Shown piece by piece: positions 10,331 to 18,621 of a stretch of 64,000 nt of DNA. The stretch is taken from positions 62,001-126,000 of IMG/VR virus record IMGVR_UViG_3300044213_000107; one strand, 5' to 3'. Every line of letters starts with the position of its first letter. Position 1 is the first letter of the stretch. The position numbers were made by a program, and so were the translations under genes. The notes under the pieces are model-generated. The model was not told the DNA's origin. It did no database searches and saw only the letters and a list, made by a program, of their open reading frames with translations.

Positions 10331-11434
10331 TTAGGTAATATTTAAAACTTGTGCCAAATAAGGATCGTAGTCAAGGAGAGATTTTCTAATAGGACTAAAT
10401 TGTACAATGTATTCTCTTAACTTTTCTATAGATGATGGATCTTGATTTTTGCCAATAAGTTGATAATAGTGGTCAAACTTTGAGTTAGAATTTGCTATAT
10501 CAATTAAAGAACTATTTTGAGGCCATTGAATTAAAGACATAAAACTTGGATTATTTAATGTATAAATTTTTAAATTTAAATTTAAAGAATTACAATATGT
10601 ATCAAGTTTGTGCAAATCATTTATATTTAACACACTTAAGGTACAATGTACCTGTAGATAATCTACTGTAGATTTGTAAAATTTTATATTACGATCTATA
10701 TCGTTCCATACACTTCCGTATCGTAACCACTCCGATTTCCGCCCAACTGCATCTAGACTTATAAACACGCAAACATAATTCCATATATTTTTTTCAAATA
10801 ATGTAGAATTAATTTTAGTTCCGTTAGTATGAAATTCAATCCTTGTTCTTTTAGATAAATTTAATTTTACTAACATTGATAAAAAATCTAATACAGATGG
10901 ATTATAAATAGGTTCTCCGCCGATTAGTGTCAGTGTAACAATATCGTGATAATCATAACTTTTAAGTATATTCTTTTTAAGATCAGGCCAATTCTTATTG
11001 AATTCTTTATTCGGATCAGTAAATGACACTGGTAGTATACCGATTAATCGTTTATGTTGAGCAATAACAGAACTCGAAGATTCGCCGCAAGTCCAGCAGG
11101 CTAGATTGCATATATTTCCAAATTTTAAATTCCACCTACTAGGCCATAATCCAAAATTTTTGTTTATAATAACCTGATCGTCAACTGCAGTTCTAAAACT
11201 ACTACCACTAAAAGATTCTTGTATCTTACAGCTGGCACATTCGTTTAACCAAGTCTGATTGTATAAACTATTTTTAAATGCTAATAGTCGATCATCCGCC
11301 CACCATTCTTCAAATGATTGATCTTCTAAACTATTGATTGTTGGAGATGCACTACAACAATTTCTAAATTGTGTATTTAATCCTGAAAATGCTTCAACGA
11401 ATGGAACCACACAAAATGGTTTATTAAAACTCAT
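10331..11434 (-). CDS. Radical SAM protein with N-terminal SPASM/twitch-like Cys cluster
   Basis: CNLACWTC (CxxxCxxC), GGEP and TNGT motifs; N-terminal FCVVPF...NCC...CASC. Confidence 0.9.
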   Translation of the reverse strand: MSFNKPFCVVPFVEAFSGLNTQFRNCCSASPTINSLEDQSFEEWWADDRLLAFKNSLYNQTWLNECASCKIQESFSGSSFRTAVDDQVIINKNFGLWPSRWNLKFGNICNLACWTCGESSSSVIAQHKRLIGILPVSFTDPNKEFNKNWPDLKKNILKSYDYHDIVTLTLIGGEPIYNPSVLDFLSMLVKLNLSKRTRIEFHTNGTKINSTLFEKNIWNYVCVFISLDAVGRKSEWLRYGSVWNDIDRNIKFYKSTVDYLQVHCTLSVLNINDLHKLDTYCNSLNLNLKIYTLNNPSFMSLIQWPQNSSLIDIANSNSKFDHYYQLIGKNQDPSSIEKLREYIVQFSPIRKSLLDYDPYLAQVLNIT

Positions 11435-11481
11435 ACTATATACTTATATACATTTTTAAGCAAGTTCTCAAGAGTGTTCGT

Positions 11482-11667
11482 TCATTCTTCCACCCCAAGA
11501 TCAAAATCCTGCTGTACCATATCAACCATGCTACTATAACAAAAAGGACAAAATGCCACAGGCAACATTCCAAAGTATCCTAACACTCCGCCTTCGTCGT
11601 CGGTAAAATCAGTGCCGCAAACATTACACTGGTGTTCTTCGCCTTCGTGTGCAAAACCTTTGATCAT
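11482..11667 (-). CDS. Small zinc-finger-like protein
   Basis: CNVC...FCPFC. Confidence 0.55.
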   Translation of the reverse strand: MIKGFAHEGEEHQCNVCGTDFTDDEGGVLGYFGMLPVAFCPFCYSSMVDMVQQDFDLGVEE

Positions 11668-11873
11668 TTTTCAACTCCAAAATGTTCTTCAATCAAACTA
11701 GCACCATAGTAGTAAGGTTCTTGACCAGTTTCGGCACCTTTAATCTCTAAAACTTTAGCACATTCCCGAACAATCAACTCGGCGAGCTTGTTAGCACGAC
11801 CTGCAAGTTCAGGTGCCGCATACCCAGCTTCAAGCATTAACTGTTTTAATCGTTCGTTCATCACATACTCCAA
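11664..11873 (-). CDS. Phage hypothetical protein
   Basis: NERLKQL...AELIVREC...HFGVE pattern common in phage early genes. Confidence 0.55.
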   Translation of the reverse strand: MEYVMNERLKQLMLEAGYAAPELAGRANKLAELIVRECAKVLEIKGAETGQEPYYYGASLIEEHFGVEK

Positions 11874-12124
11874 TATGATTCAGAACTGGCTGAGCAAAAA
11901 TTAGGAGTATCATAGCGTTCTTGATACTCTAGGCCCGACATTAGATTGGTACGGGTTACATATGTTTTGTGAATCTCAAAACGATAGCCTTTGGCTACAG
12001 GATAATGTGTAGCGTAGTATTCACGTATAGCCGACTCCATTGCACTTGAGTGATCGGTACTACGTACAAATCTTTCTCCAGATTTTGATCTACGGTCTGT
12101 TTTATATAATTCTACTGTATACAT
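11861..12124 (-). CDS. Hypothetical early protein
   Basis: Has its own promoter and an AAGGAG RBS; ends TPNFCSASSESYWSM. Confidence 0.65.
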   Translation of the reverse strand: MYTVELYKTDRRSKSGERFVRSTDHSSAMESAIREYYATHYPVAKGYRFEIHKTYVTRTNLMSGLEYQERYDTPNFCSASSESYWSM

Positions 12125-12155
12125 TGTCTGCTCCTTTTTTGTTTACTATGTGTAT

Positions 12156-12184
12156 ATTATACAACCAAAATCTTTTGTTGTCAA
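12156..12184 (-). promoter_or_regulatory. Consensus sigma70 promoter TTGACA-17-TATAAT
   Basis: Exact consensus, followed by ATACACATAGTAAAC and an AAGGAG RBS. Confidence 0.9.
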
Positions 12185-12190
12185 CAACGG

Positions 12191-12775
12191 TTAATCTTCT
12201 TCATTTTCCTCGTCTTCATAGTTGGCAATTGATTCCGAAATACCCATGAGTTCATCAAGGTCTTCGGGGATTGTCTCACGAACTTCTGAGCTGGACATAT
12301 CTTCGAGATTATAGTAATCATCGTCACCGTCTTCGTATTTGCCACAGTAGTTCATGCCACCTTCGTAATAGTAAGCAGAAACTGTGTAGCCTTGTTCCTC
12401 AAGTGCTCGATAAACACCCAAAGGTGGTGCCCAGGCACTGTCAAAGCCAAATGTAATTGAGCAACCATCACGCTGGTCGTCGTAGTCTATGGCATCGTAG
12501 GGCTCGATGTCCCACTTAGTGCCCCACTCATTGGTGCAGAAGTCATACCAGTTCTTGTAGCCGTGCTCTGCTAAGTTCCGGTTCTCTGACTCTACCAAAG
12601 CCTTCTGCTCCGGAGTATCATCACCGCCGACAACTCCTGCTACAATCTGTAGGCTCTCAGGCACTGGAATAGCAAAATTACAGAACTTGCCTGCGTTGAT
12701 AGCCTCTACCAATTTATACATTGCCCTAGGACTAGGGCCTTGAATTTTTACTGTGTTATCGCACCAGTTTGGAAT
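12191..12775 (-). CDS. DUF1281/YubB-like ferredoxin-fold protein, apparently starting at ATT
   Basis: WYDFCTNEWGTKWD and FDSAWAPP motifs. The frame extends 18 codons above the tracked ATG to ATT-CCA-AAC-TGG-TGC (xPNWC), behind GAGGA. Confidence 0.7.
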   Translation of the reverse strand: MPNWCDNTVKIQGPSPRAMYKLVEAINAGKFCNFAIPVPESLQIVAGVVGGDDTPEQKALVESENRNLAEHGYKNWYDFCTNEWGTKWDIEPYDAIDYDDQRDGCSITFGFDSAWAPPLGVYRALEEQGYTVSAYYYEGGMNYCGKYEDGDDDYYNLEDMSSSEVRETIPEDLDELMGISESIANYEDEENEED

Positions 12776-12812
12776 TTTGGGTTCCTCGCTTTCTTTAAGG
12801 TTAAAAAATCAA

Positions 12813-13082
12813 TTAAGAAAATTCGTAAAAGGTTACAGTGGAATCAATGCTCATCAACTCTTGAGCACAACGAGTCAAACGATTATAGCGTTGACGAACC
12901 ATATTAGCGGGCAGTTCGCCATCACAGGTCAAATTCTCTGGACTGAGTTCACCGTCAATACTGTTAGCAATAGTTTGACGATCTTTGGCACTCTGCAGAC
13001 TCAGTGCGGGCTTCTTCCAAACGGCACGCCATGTGTTCATTTGTGCTACATAAGCCTCTAGTGTTTGTATATTTGTAAACAT
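12813..13082 (-). CDS. Hypothetical early protein
   Basis: LSPENLTCDGEL motif; own promoter and RBS. Confidence 0.65.
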   Translation of the reverse strand: MFTNIQTLEAYVAQMNTWRAVWKKPALSLQSAKDRQTIANSIDGELSPENLTCDGELPANMVRQRYNRLTRCAQELMSIDSTVTFYEFS

Positions 13083-13110
13083 GTTGCTCCTTTTTGTTTA
13101 ATATGTGTAT

Positions 13111-13139
13111 ATTATAACCGAAATTGTCTTTATGGACAA
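13111..13139 (-). promoter_or_regulatory. sigma70-type promoter TTGTCC-17-TATAAT
   Basis: Followed by ATACACATATTAAAC and an RBS. Confidence 0.75.
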
Positions 13140-13158
13140 CCAAAATTTGTAGTACTTT

Positions 13159-13386
13159 TTAAGTAAGTTCTACACGAAACATCTTCAAAGAACCGTTGTC
13201 TGCTGGAATTTGGACTTTATTTTCAAACTTAACACCAGTTTGCACAGGGATAAGCAAAGTGATCCAAGTGTTTAGGAATCCTGGCTTTGCAGTAGGGCCA
13301 ACTTTGATTGCATCAATGATCGCAGTGCGAGTACCTGCGGCGCTAGTGTAACGAATTTTGGTTCCGACTGTAAGTTCCATTTCCAA
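13159..13386 (-). CDS. Hypothetical SH3/KOW-like early protein
   Basis: LTVGTKIRY...G.R...I pattern. Confidence 0.55.
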   Translation of the reverse strand: MEMELTVGTKIRYTSAAGTRTAIIDAIKVGPTAKPGFLNTWITLLIPVQTGVKFENKVQIPADNGSLKMFRVELT

Positions 13387-13410
13387 CTCCGTTTTGTTTA
13401 ATATGTGTAT

Positions 13411-13439
13411 ATTATAACCGAAAACCTATAACCCGTCAA
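13411..13439 (-). promoter_or_regulatory. sigma70-type promoter TTGACG-17-TATAAT
   Basis: Same downstream module as at 13111. Confidence 0.85.
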
Positions 13440-13465
13440 ACTCTAGGATCGACGGTGTTGTATTT

Positions 13466-13777
13466 TTACAACACTAACTCTCGTGGGCTGTATGTAATAC
13501 GACCTTCGTAGTCCAACTGATCCTGCTCAAACTCTGTAAGGTAGTCGTCTACAACAACACGCCAGTCAATGATAGTTTCTTTGAAGAACTCGTTGTTTTG
13601 CTCAATTTGACTGCTGAAGGCCATTACAGCCTCAGTGGCTGATTCTGCGATGCTAGAACGAGCGTTAGACTTGAAGTTCTTAACCACATAATCCTCAGAG
13701 CCTTTGGCTTTCCAGTAGGTATTGTCTGCCGTACCGTAATTTTCGTACACTTGGGTGGTGATTAGTAGTTTAGCCAT
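13466..13777 (-). CDS. Phage hypothetical early protein
   Basis: TQVYENYG...YWKAKGSEDY; own promoter and AAGGAG. Confidence 0.65.
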   Translation of the reverse strand: MAKLLITTQVYENYGTADNTYWKAKGSEDYVVKNFKSNARSSIAESATEAVMAFSSQIEQNNEFFKETIIDWRVVVDDYLTEFEQDQLDYEGRITYSPRELVL

Positions 13778-13809
13778 TTTGTGCTCCTTTTTTGCTTTAC
13801 TATGTGTAT

Positions 13810-13838
13810 ATTATAGCATTTTGAACAATTTGGATCAA
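13810..13838 (-). promoter_or_regulatory. sigma70-type promoter TTGATC-17-TATAAT
   Basis: Followed by ATACACATAGTAAAG and an RBS. Confidence 0.8.
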
Positions 13839-13896
13839 GAAAAATAGCCAAAAAACAACACTTTTTCTGTTGTTTTTATGCAACAAAACCACAATT

Positions 13897-14193
13897 TTAG
13901 GACCAACGTAGCAAAAATGCCGTAATATCTTCAGGTCTTTTGAACTTCCACATATCAAAACTAACCCTAACCCCACACTCGTTTTTTTCCGACCACTGTT
14001 GTATTTCCACCATATCTTCTTCGCTAATTGCTACTTCAAACCCACGTGGTCCGGGGTTCCATGTTGCTTTAAGTTTAAAGCCTGGAAGTTGGTTCCATAG
14101 TATTTTTGGTTTTCTATTTTTCATACTCTTGATCCATTTTATAAAGTCTTGGTTCCAGTGTCTTATCACAGGATTGTATGTGCCGTGGTTCAT
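13897..14193 (-). CDS. LRWS-family small protein
   Basis: Ends WKFKRPEDITAFLLRWS. Confidence 0.75.
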   Translation of the reverse strand: MNHGTYNPVIRHWNQDFIKWIKSMKNRKPKILWNQLPGFKLKATWNPGPRGFEVAISEEDMVEIQQWSEKNECGVRVSFDMWKFKRPEDITAFLLRWS

Positions 14194-14453
14194 TGTCGTT
14201 GCCAGTGTTGTATAAATTGATCTAATTCCGCTCGAGTCCTAAAATAAAACTCATTATATCGTGTTCTACAATGACGCCGAAACTGGTACTCGCACCATCC
14301 AGCAATATCCTGATACACCTGCGGATCGTAGTTTTGGTGGAACAACTCGTCAGTTGTGGGATGTCTACGCCACAAGCCGGTATCTACCCTACAAAACCAA
14401 TACACTGGGTAAGGTGGGTGATCGATCTTTTCCTGACGAACAGTGAATCTCAT
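14190..14453 (-). CDS. LRWS-family small protein (diverged end)
   Basis: DIAGWCEYQF...FYFRTRAELDQFIQHW; ATG lies inside the previous gene's TCATGA. Confidence 0.65.
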   Translation of the reverse strand: MRFTVRQEKIDHPPYPVYWFCRVDTGLWRRHPTTDELFHQNYDPQVYQDIAGWCEYQFRRHCRTRYNEFYFRTRAELDQFIQHWQRQ

Positions 14454-14689
14454 GACCACTTCAACGATACAAATGCCGCATCTCGTTCATTCTTAAGTTT
14501 TACTCCGACAAAGAAGTGTTGACTGATGCCGTCTTCTGCTATAGGATATGACTTCCAATCTAGATAAGGTTCGCCTATGTTGACCCACAACCAATGAAAG
14601 AATTCTTCCTTCTCGGGACGGTGCCATGCTACACTGGTAGCAACTGCATAAGGCCAATTTATTTTTTCTGGGTCTTTAAGGTATTTCAT
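14450..14689 (-). CDS. LRWS-family small protein
   Basis: Ends VKLKNERDAAFVSLKWS. Confidence 0.7.
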   Translation of the reverse strand: MKYLKDPEKINWPYAVATSVAWHRPEKEEFFHWLWVNIGEPYLDWKSYPIAEDGISQHFFVGVKLKNERDAAFVSLKWS

Positions 14690-14940
14690 TGTGATTTTAA
14701 TGCTAACCAAGTTACAAAGTCATGATCCAAACAATCTCGGCGAATCCAAACACCATCTGCGTCGGTGAACCATTTGCGCAGGTGCAGTAGTTCGTATAAC
14801 CCTGTGCGACCCAACCGCTGTTCGCATAGTTGGCCCAGAGCATTGCCCCACACTCCAGGATTGGTAGGATCGTCGATCTTAACCTTAAAATGTTGGTGGG
14901 TTTGTTTGTATAGTTGCATATAATACTCGGTTAACTCCAC
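14686..14940 (-). CDS. Small protein, weak LRWS-family member
   Basis: Ends DFVTWLALKSQ; start codon uncertain. Confidence 0.55.
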   Translation of the reverse strand: MELTEYYMQLYKQTHQHFKVKIDDPTNPGVWGNALGQLCEQRLGRTGLYELLHLRKWFTDADGVWIRRDCLDHDFVTWLALKSQ

Positions 14941-15176
14941 TTTAATGTAAACAATACAGCATCTTCTTCGTGAGTAAAATGGAATCTGTAATATTTAGTA
15001 CGGTCTCCATCTGCACGAAAACCGTTCCATAAGCATTGCCAGCGGCCTCCACGATGATCAACAATGCTCCACCGCGGGCCAAATGTTGCCCGGCACCATT
15101 GCTCGGCCCGTCTACTCTTTTCTTTTGACACGTAAACAGTATACTCGAATAAAGGTGTACGCTTATAATTGCCCAT
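14931..15176 (-). CDS. LRWS-family small protein
   Basis: RAEQWCRATFG...FHFTHEEDAVLFTLKWS. Confidence 0.75.
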   Translation of the reverse strand: MGNYKRTPLFEYTVYVSKEKSRRAEQWCRATFGPRWSIVDHRGGRWQCLWNGFRADGDRTKYYRFHFTHEEDAVLFTLKWS

Positions 15177-15557
15177 TTAACGGTGTCTTAATAAATTTAA
15201 CAATGTTTGGTAAGCATGATATGCGTCAGCAACGACAGGATTAGCACTCACTATTCGTTCATCTTCTCTGAGTCGTGCTACAATTTCTCTTTCTTGGGCA
15301 TACGTAGTTTCCAGGTTTTCGTAATGCTTATACATACGAATCATATGATTAAATGTATCTACGGGAACGGTAACATTTACACATTCAACTTCTTCGATTT
15401 TAGTTGATTGGTAGAACGCCGCATCCGAAATTTCTCCCTGCCAGGGGTTATAATTTAGTTGGTATGATCGGGGGATTCGCCTATATCGCTGGCTAGTAGG
15501 ACGAACCTGCATTTCAAATTCATTTAAGAATCTTTGATCTTCTATGGGATTATTCAT
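15177..15557 (-). CDS. Hypothetical protein inside the array (not LRWS family)
   Basis: Coupled ORF lacking the C-terminal motif. Confidence 0.65.
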   Translation of the reverse strand: MNNPIEDQRFLNEFEMQVRPTSQRYRRIPRSYQLNYNPWQGEISDAAFYQSTKIEEVECVNVTVPVDTFNHMIRMYKHYENLETTYAQEREIVARLREDERIVSANPVVADAYHAYQTLLNLLRHR

Positions 15558-15566
15558 TGTTTTAAT

Positions 15567-15824
15567 TTAACTCCAACGTAACACAAACCACATAAACTTT
15601 TGTTCATCTGTGATTGTGTACTCTTTGATATTAAGACGGGATGCACCAGGTGCAAATTTTAACTGAACTCCGCAATCAGTGGTCAAATAATACAAGTACG
15701 CATCTTTGTGTTGATCTCCGGTGACAATGGGCGTTCCTGGTGGGCAAACAAACGGTTGCTTTTCCCATTCAGTCTCCCACTGTCGCTGGCACATTTGATA
15801 CATTTCTTTTAGACCAATCGTCAT
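15567..15824 (-). CDS. LRWS-family small protein
   Basis: Ends YTITDEQKFMWFVLRWS. Confidence 0.75.
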   Translation of the reverse strand: MTIGLKEMYQMCQRQWETEWEKQPFVCPPGTPIVTGDQHKDAYLYYLTTDCGVQLKFAPGASRLNIKEYTITDEQKFMWFVLRWS

Positions 15825-16021
15825 GAATACCTCAATACAAATAGTGTGTACAGTTTTTCATCGTGCCACTTGACATTCAACTTATGATTCTTATTCTTGC
15901 TTTTACCGATTGTGGCTTTATAAGGCTCAAGACCTTCTTCAATAATGCCTTCGGGATCATTGCTGTCAATGAAATTCTTAAAATACCCAGGGGTTATTCT
16001 ATAGTATTGTTTCTTTATCAT
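15821..16021 (-). CDS. LRWS-family small protein
   Basis: Ends VKWHDEKLYTLFVLRYS. Confidence 0.7.
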   Translation of the reverse strand: MIKKQYYRITPGYFKNFIDSNDPEGIIEEGLEPYKATIGKSKNKNHKLNVKWHDEKLYTLFVLRYS

Positions 16022-16398
16022 GACCACCTCAACGACATTATTGTAGCATATCTGGCGTATTTTTGTCTAACTCGTATAGTTAAACAATTGTCCGCCGCAT
16101 CGTTGCCGACAAATCCCCAATTCCAATCCCAACCCTGACGACCCACATTTTCTTCAAGCCACGGGCGGTAAAAATCGTTGGGGTCGGCACTTTCTAACTC
16201 TACACATACAGCACCTCCGAGATCGACCCATCTAGGATCCGTATGGTCTACTACTATTTTTCCTTTGGGCCAACGAACCTTGACAACAACTCCGGGCACA
16301 AAACTCCACCAGAGTTTTTCCCAAAACCTAAATCCCGTTGGGTAGTAATGTGTAAACTTACCCTTTATTCTAAATAGTTTTTTAATTTCCCACTTCAT
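16018..16398 (-). CDS. LRWS-family protein
   Basis: YRPWLEENVG...ATIMSLRWS. Confidence 0.75.
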   Translation of the reverse strand: MKWEIKKLFRIKGKFTHYYPTGFRFWEKLWWSFVPGVVVKVRWPKGKIVVDHTDPRWVDLGGAVCVELESADPNDFYRPWLEENVGRQGWDWNWGFVGNDAADNCLTIRVRQKYARYATIMSLRWS

Positions 16399-16646
16399 GA
16401 CCACCTCAACAAAAATAAAGTTTTGTATTTCTCATCCTCAAATACCAGCGACACTGCGGGATCATCCCAGTAAGCACGGTAAGGCTCTAATACTTTATTA
16501 ATGTATTCAATGGTGATATCACCAACCCTATCTCGCGGTATATAATCCTCACTGGCGATTATATCCAATAAAAAATTCTGCCAGGCAATGGGGCATTGAC
16601 TGAGATTGTCACCTAGTTTAAGAGTTACTAACATTTTTATGTCCAT
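16395..16646 (-). CDS. LRWS-family small protein
   Basis: Ends LVFEDEKYKTLFLLRWS. Confidence 0.75.
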   Translation of the reverse strand: MDIKMLVTLKLGDNLSQCPIAWQNFLLDIIASEDYIPRDRVGDITIEYINKVLEPYRAYWDDPAVSLVFEDEKYKTLFLLRWS

Positions 16647-16888
16647 TTTAATACAAACATGGTGTAGTCAGCATCATTATTGAATGTAACTCGGAATTTG
16701 TAACCATTATCTGTGTAAGTGTAAGACGCATTGATCTTAGCAAGTTCTTGCGTCATAAAACGTTCCACTATACCAGGTGGAGCATTTGGGGCATTAATGA
16801 ATTTACGCCACATATCCGCATACCAACGCTCAAAATAATTTCTGGGTTGGTAAGTGTTAATGTTTTGGTAATATTCTCTTACTATCAT
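16637..16888 (-). CDS. LRWS-family small protein
   Basis: Ends VTFNNDADYTMFVLKWT; start MIVREYY overlaps the upstream stop. Confidence 0.75.
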   Translation of the reverse strand: MIVREYYQNINTYQPRNYFERWYADMWRKFINAPNAPPGIVERFMTQELAKINASYTYTDNGYKFRVTFNNDADYTMFVLKWT

Positions 16889-17136
16889 GTCCACCTCAAT
16901 ACAAACATAGTATGATTTGCCTCGCTGTCCCACCGCAAATACCAACCACCAGTTTTAGTCTGGATCAATCGGCCACCCTGCGGTTTTAATTCGTAGTTGG
17001 CCACTGTAACGGGATTCCAGTCATTGGCCTGGGCTTTGTCTCTACAATGAGTCCAGAATCGCTGAAAATATGCAGAGTACCAACCCAGTCCAGGATTTAT
17101 AATTTCTACTCTAAACTTGCCGTCTGTGTTCTTCAT
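16885..17136 (-). CDS. LRWS-family small protein
   Basis: Ends LRWDSEANHTMFVLRWT. Confidence 0.75.
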   Translation of the reverse strand: MKNTDGKFRVEIINPGLGWYSAYFQRFWTHCRDKAQANDWNPVTVANYELKPQGGRLIQTKTGGWYLRWDSEANHTMFVLRWT

Positions 17137-17378
17137 GACCATTTCAACTTACAAAGCATGGCATCTTTTTCATACAAGAACCAAACACTGCGGAGAAATA
17201 CAGCATAAGTGTGAGCGTCATAAGTTTGCTTGCACCATTTGCTGATTTTATCGTGTAGAGAATTATCATGAAGAGGACTACTATAGTCCACGCCCTTGTG
17301 CCAGCCAAACTCTTCGGCCTCGTAAGGCATCATAGGGAAACGATGCCGCTGACCTTCTACAAACATATATGCTTCCAT
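17133..17378 (-). CDS. LRWS-family small protein
   Basis: KISKWCKQTY...VWFLYEKDAMLCKLKWS. Confidence 0.75.
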   Translation of the reverse strand: MEAYMFVEGQRHRFPMMPYEAEEFGWHKGVDYSSPLHDNSLHDKISKWCKQTYDAHTYAVFLRSVWFLYEKDAMLCKLKWS

Positions 17379-17527
17379 TATGCCCACCTCAATAAAAACA
17401 ATGTGTAATCTTGCTCGTCGTCGAAAATGATTGTTTCATACGTCCATCTCCAAGGGCCCTTGAGATTATCACAGCACCATAAGTAAATATCTTCGGTAGG
17501 AGCAAAACCATTGTATTGCCAACTCAT
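17378..17527 (-). CDS. LRWS-family minimal member (49 aa, not in the ORF track)
   Basis: Translated by hand: MSWQYNGFAPTEDIYLWCCDNLKGPWRWTYETIIFDDEQDYTLFLLRWA; GAGGT RBS. Confidence 0.75.
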   Translation of the reverse strand: MSWQYNGFAPTEDIYLWCCDNLKGPWRWTYETIIFDDEQDYTLFLLRWA

Positions 17528-17534
17528 GACAACC

Positions 17535-17783
17535 TCAAAAATCACCGCTCAAAAGATACATTGTCAAATCGGGACCCTCTACTCGAACACATTGGCTACT
17601 ATGCCGAATAGTGTCCCGACTATGAACTTGTCCCTTCCATTTGTAAGTCCATTCCACGCGGATTTGTTGCGGAGTAAATTTAACAACCTTGCCAAGTTTC
17701 ATGCCGCTGGCATAAGGTCCCGGAAAAACAACATAGTCCCCGACTGCTAACTCGCGATTTAGAAAATCTCTGAAAACTGTCAT
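17535..17783 (-). CDS. Hypothetical KOW/SH3-like protein
   Basis: DFLNRELAVGDYVVF...GKVVKFT. Confidence 0.6.
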   Translation of the reverse strand: MTVFRDFLNRELAVGDYVVFPGPYASGMKLGKVVKFTPQQIRVEWTYKWKGQVHSRDTIRHSSQCVRVEGPDLTMYLLSGDF

Positions 17784-17794
17784 TATAACACCTT

Positions 17795-18085
17795 TTATTT
17801 TGCGTTTTTAAACATGCTGAGCAAATAGCCTGCACGATTTAAGTCAAAATTCTCTTGACGATAATGCCAATTCTTTTTACGCTCTGCAATTTCAAGTGCG
17901 GCTACTAATTTATACTTTTCGTTAGATGTAGCGGTGCGAAGCATATTTGTCATTGTAATTATGTCTGCGGCATACTCTACCCATTTTAACGTGCTGTTTA
18001 TTTTGTCTCGTTTTATTATTGCACGTTCTGAGTTGGGGCTAAAATTTGAACTAGAATACTTGCGTGTAATTTGTGCAAAATTCAT
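17795..18085 (-). CDS. Hypothetical early protein
   Basis: Own promoter (18111-18139) and AAGGAG RBS. Confidence 0.65.
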   Translation of the reverse strand: MNFAQITRKYSSSNFSPNSERAIIKRDKINSTLKWVEYAADIITMTNMLRTATSNEKYKLVAALEIAERKKNWHYRQENFDLNRAGYLLSMFKNAK

Positions 18086-18110
18086 GCTTTTACTCCTTTT
18101 CTATATGTAT

Positions 18111-18139
18111 ATTATAACAGAAAAGTCGTTATTCAGCAA
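18111..18139 (-). promoter_or_regulatory. sigma70-type promoter TTGCTG-17-TATAAT
   Basis: Followed by ATACATATAG and an RBS. Confidence 0.7.
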
Positions 18140-18169
18140 GTCAAAAAAGTAGTACTAAAGTATTACTTT

Positions 18170-18397
18170 TTAACTCCAACGCAAAGCAAATAATGTCAGG
18201 GTAGCATCATTGGGAATTTCTACGGTCATACCCTTGACCGTACACAAATGATCACTACACCATTGGTCTAATTCTTCAAGATGTTCGGCCCAAAATGATA
18301 TATCAGTCAGTAGAATCAAGATGCAGTCGGCGTGATCAACAAACTCCGATCCAATGACAAACCTGTTGCGTTTCCAATGCGCAAATATATCAGTCAT
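18170..18397 (-). CDS. LRWS-family small protein
   Basis: ELDQWCSDH...PNDATLTLFALRWS. Confidence 0.75.
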   Translation of the reverse strand: MTDIFAHWKRNRFVIGSEFVDHADCILILLTDISFWAEHLEELDQWCSDHLCTVKGMTVEIPNDATLTLFALRWS

Positions 18398-18621
18398 AGA
18401 TATTTTAGCACAAAAAACGATTCTGCTTCGGCATTGTAAAAATCAAGATGCACTGTTTCGGTGGTTCCGGATTCTTCGGTATATGTTGTGTGTAATCTAG
18501 GAGTAAATCCCAACTCACGACGCATGACTTCGCGGATCAAGAACACACTAGGTTTCCACTGATATTCTTCTTGTAATTGGTTACGAATACGAGTCCAATC
18601 TTTAACGCTTAAAACTAACAT
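18394..18621 (-). CDS. LRWS-family small protein
   Basis: Ends LDFYNAEAESFFVLKYL. Confidence 0.7.
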   Translation of the reverse strand: MLVLSVKDWTRIRNQLQEEYQWKPSVFLIREVMRRELGFTPRLHTTYTEESGTTETVHLDFYNAEAESFFVLKYL

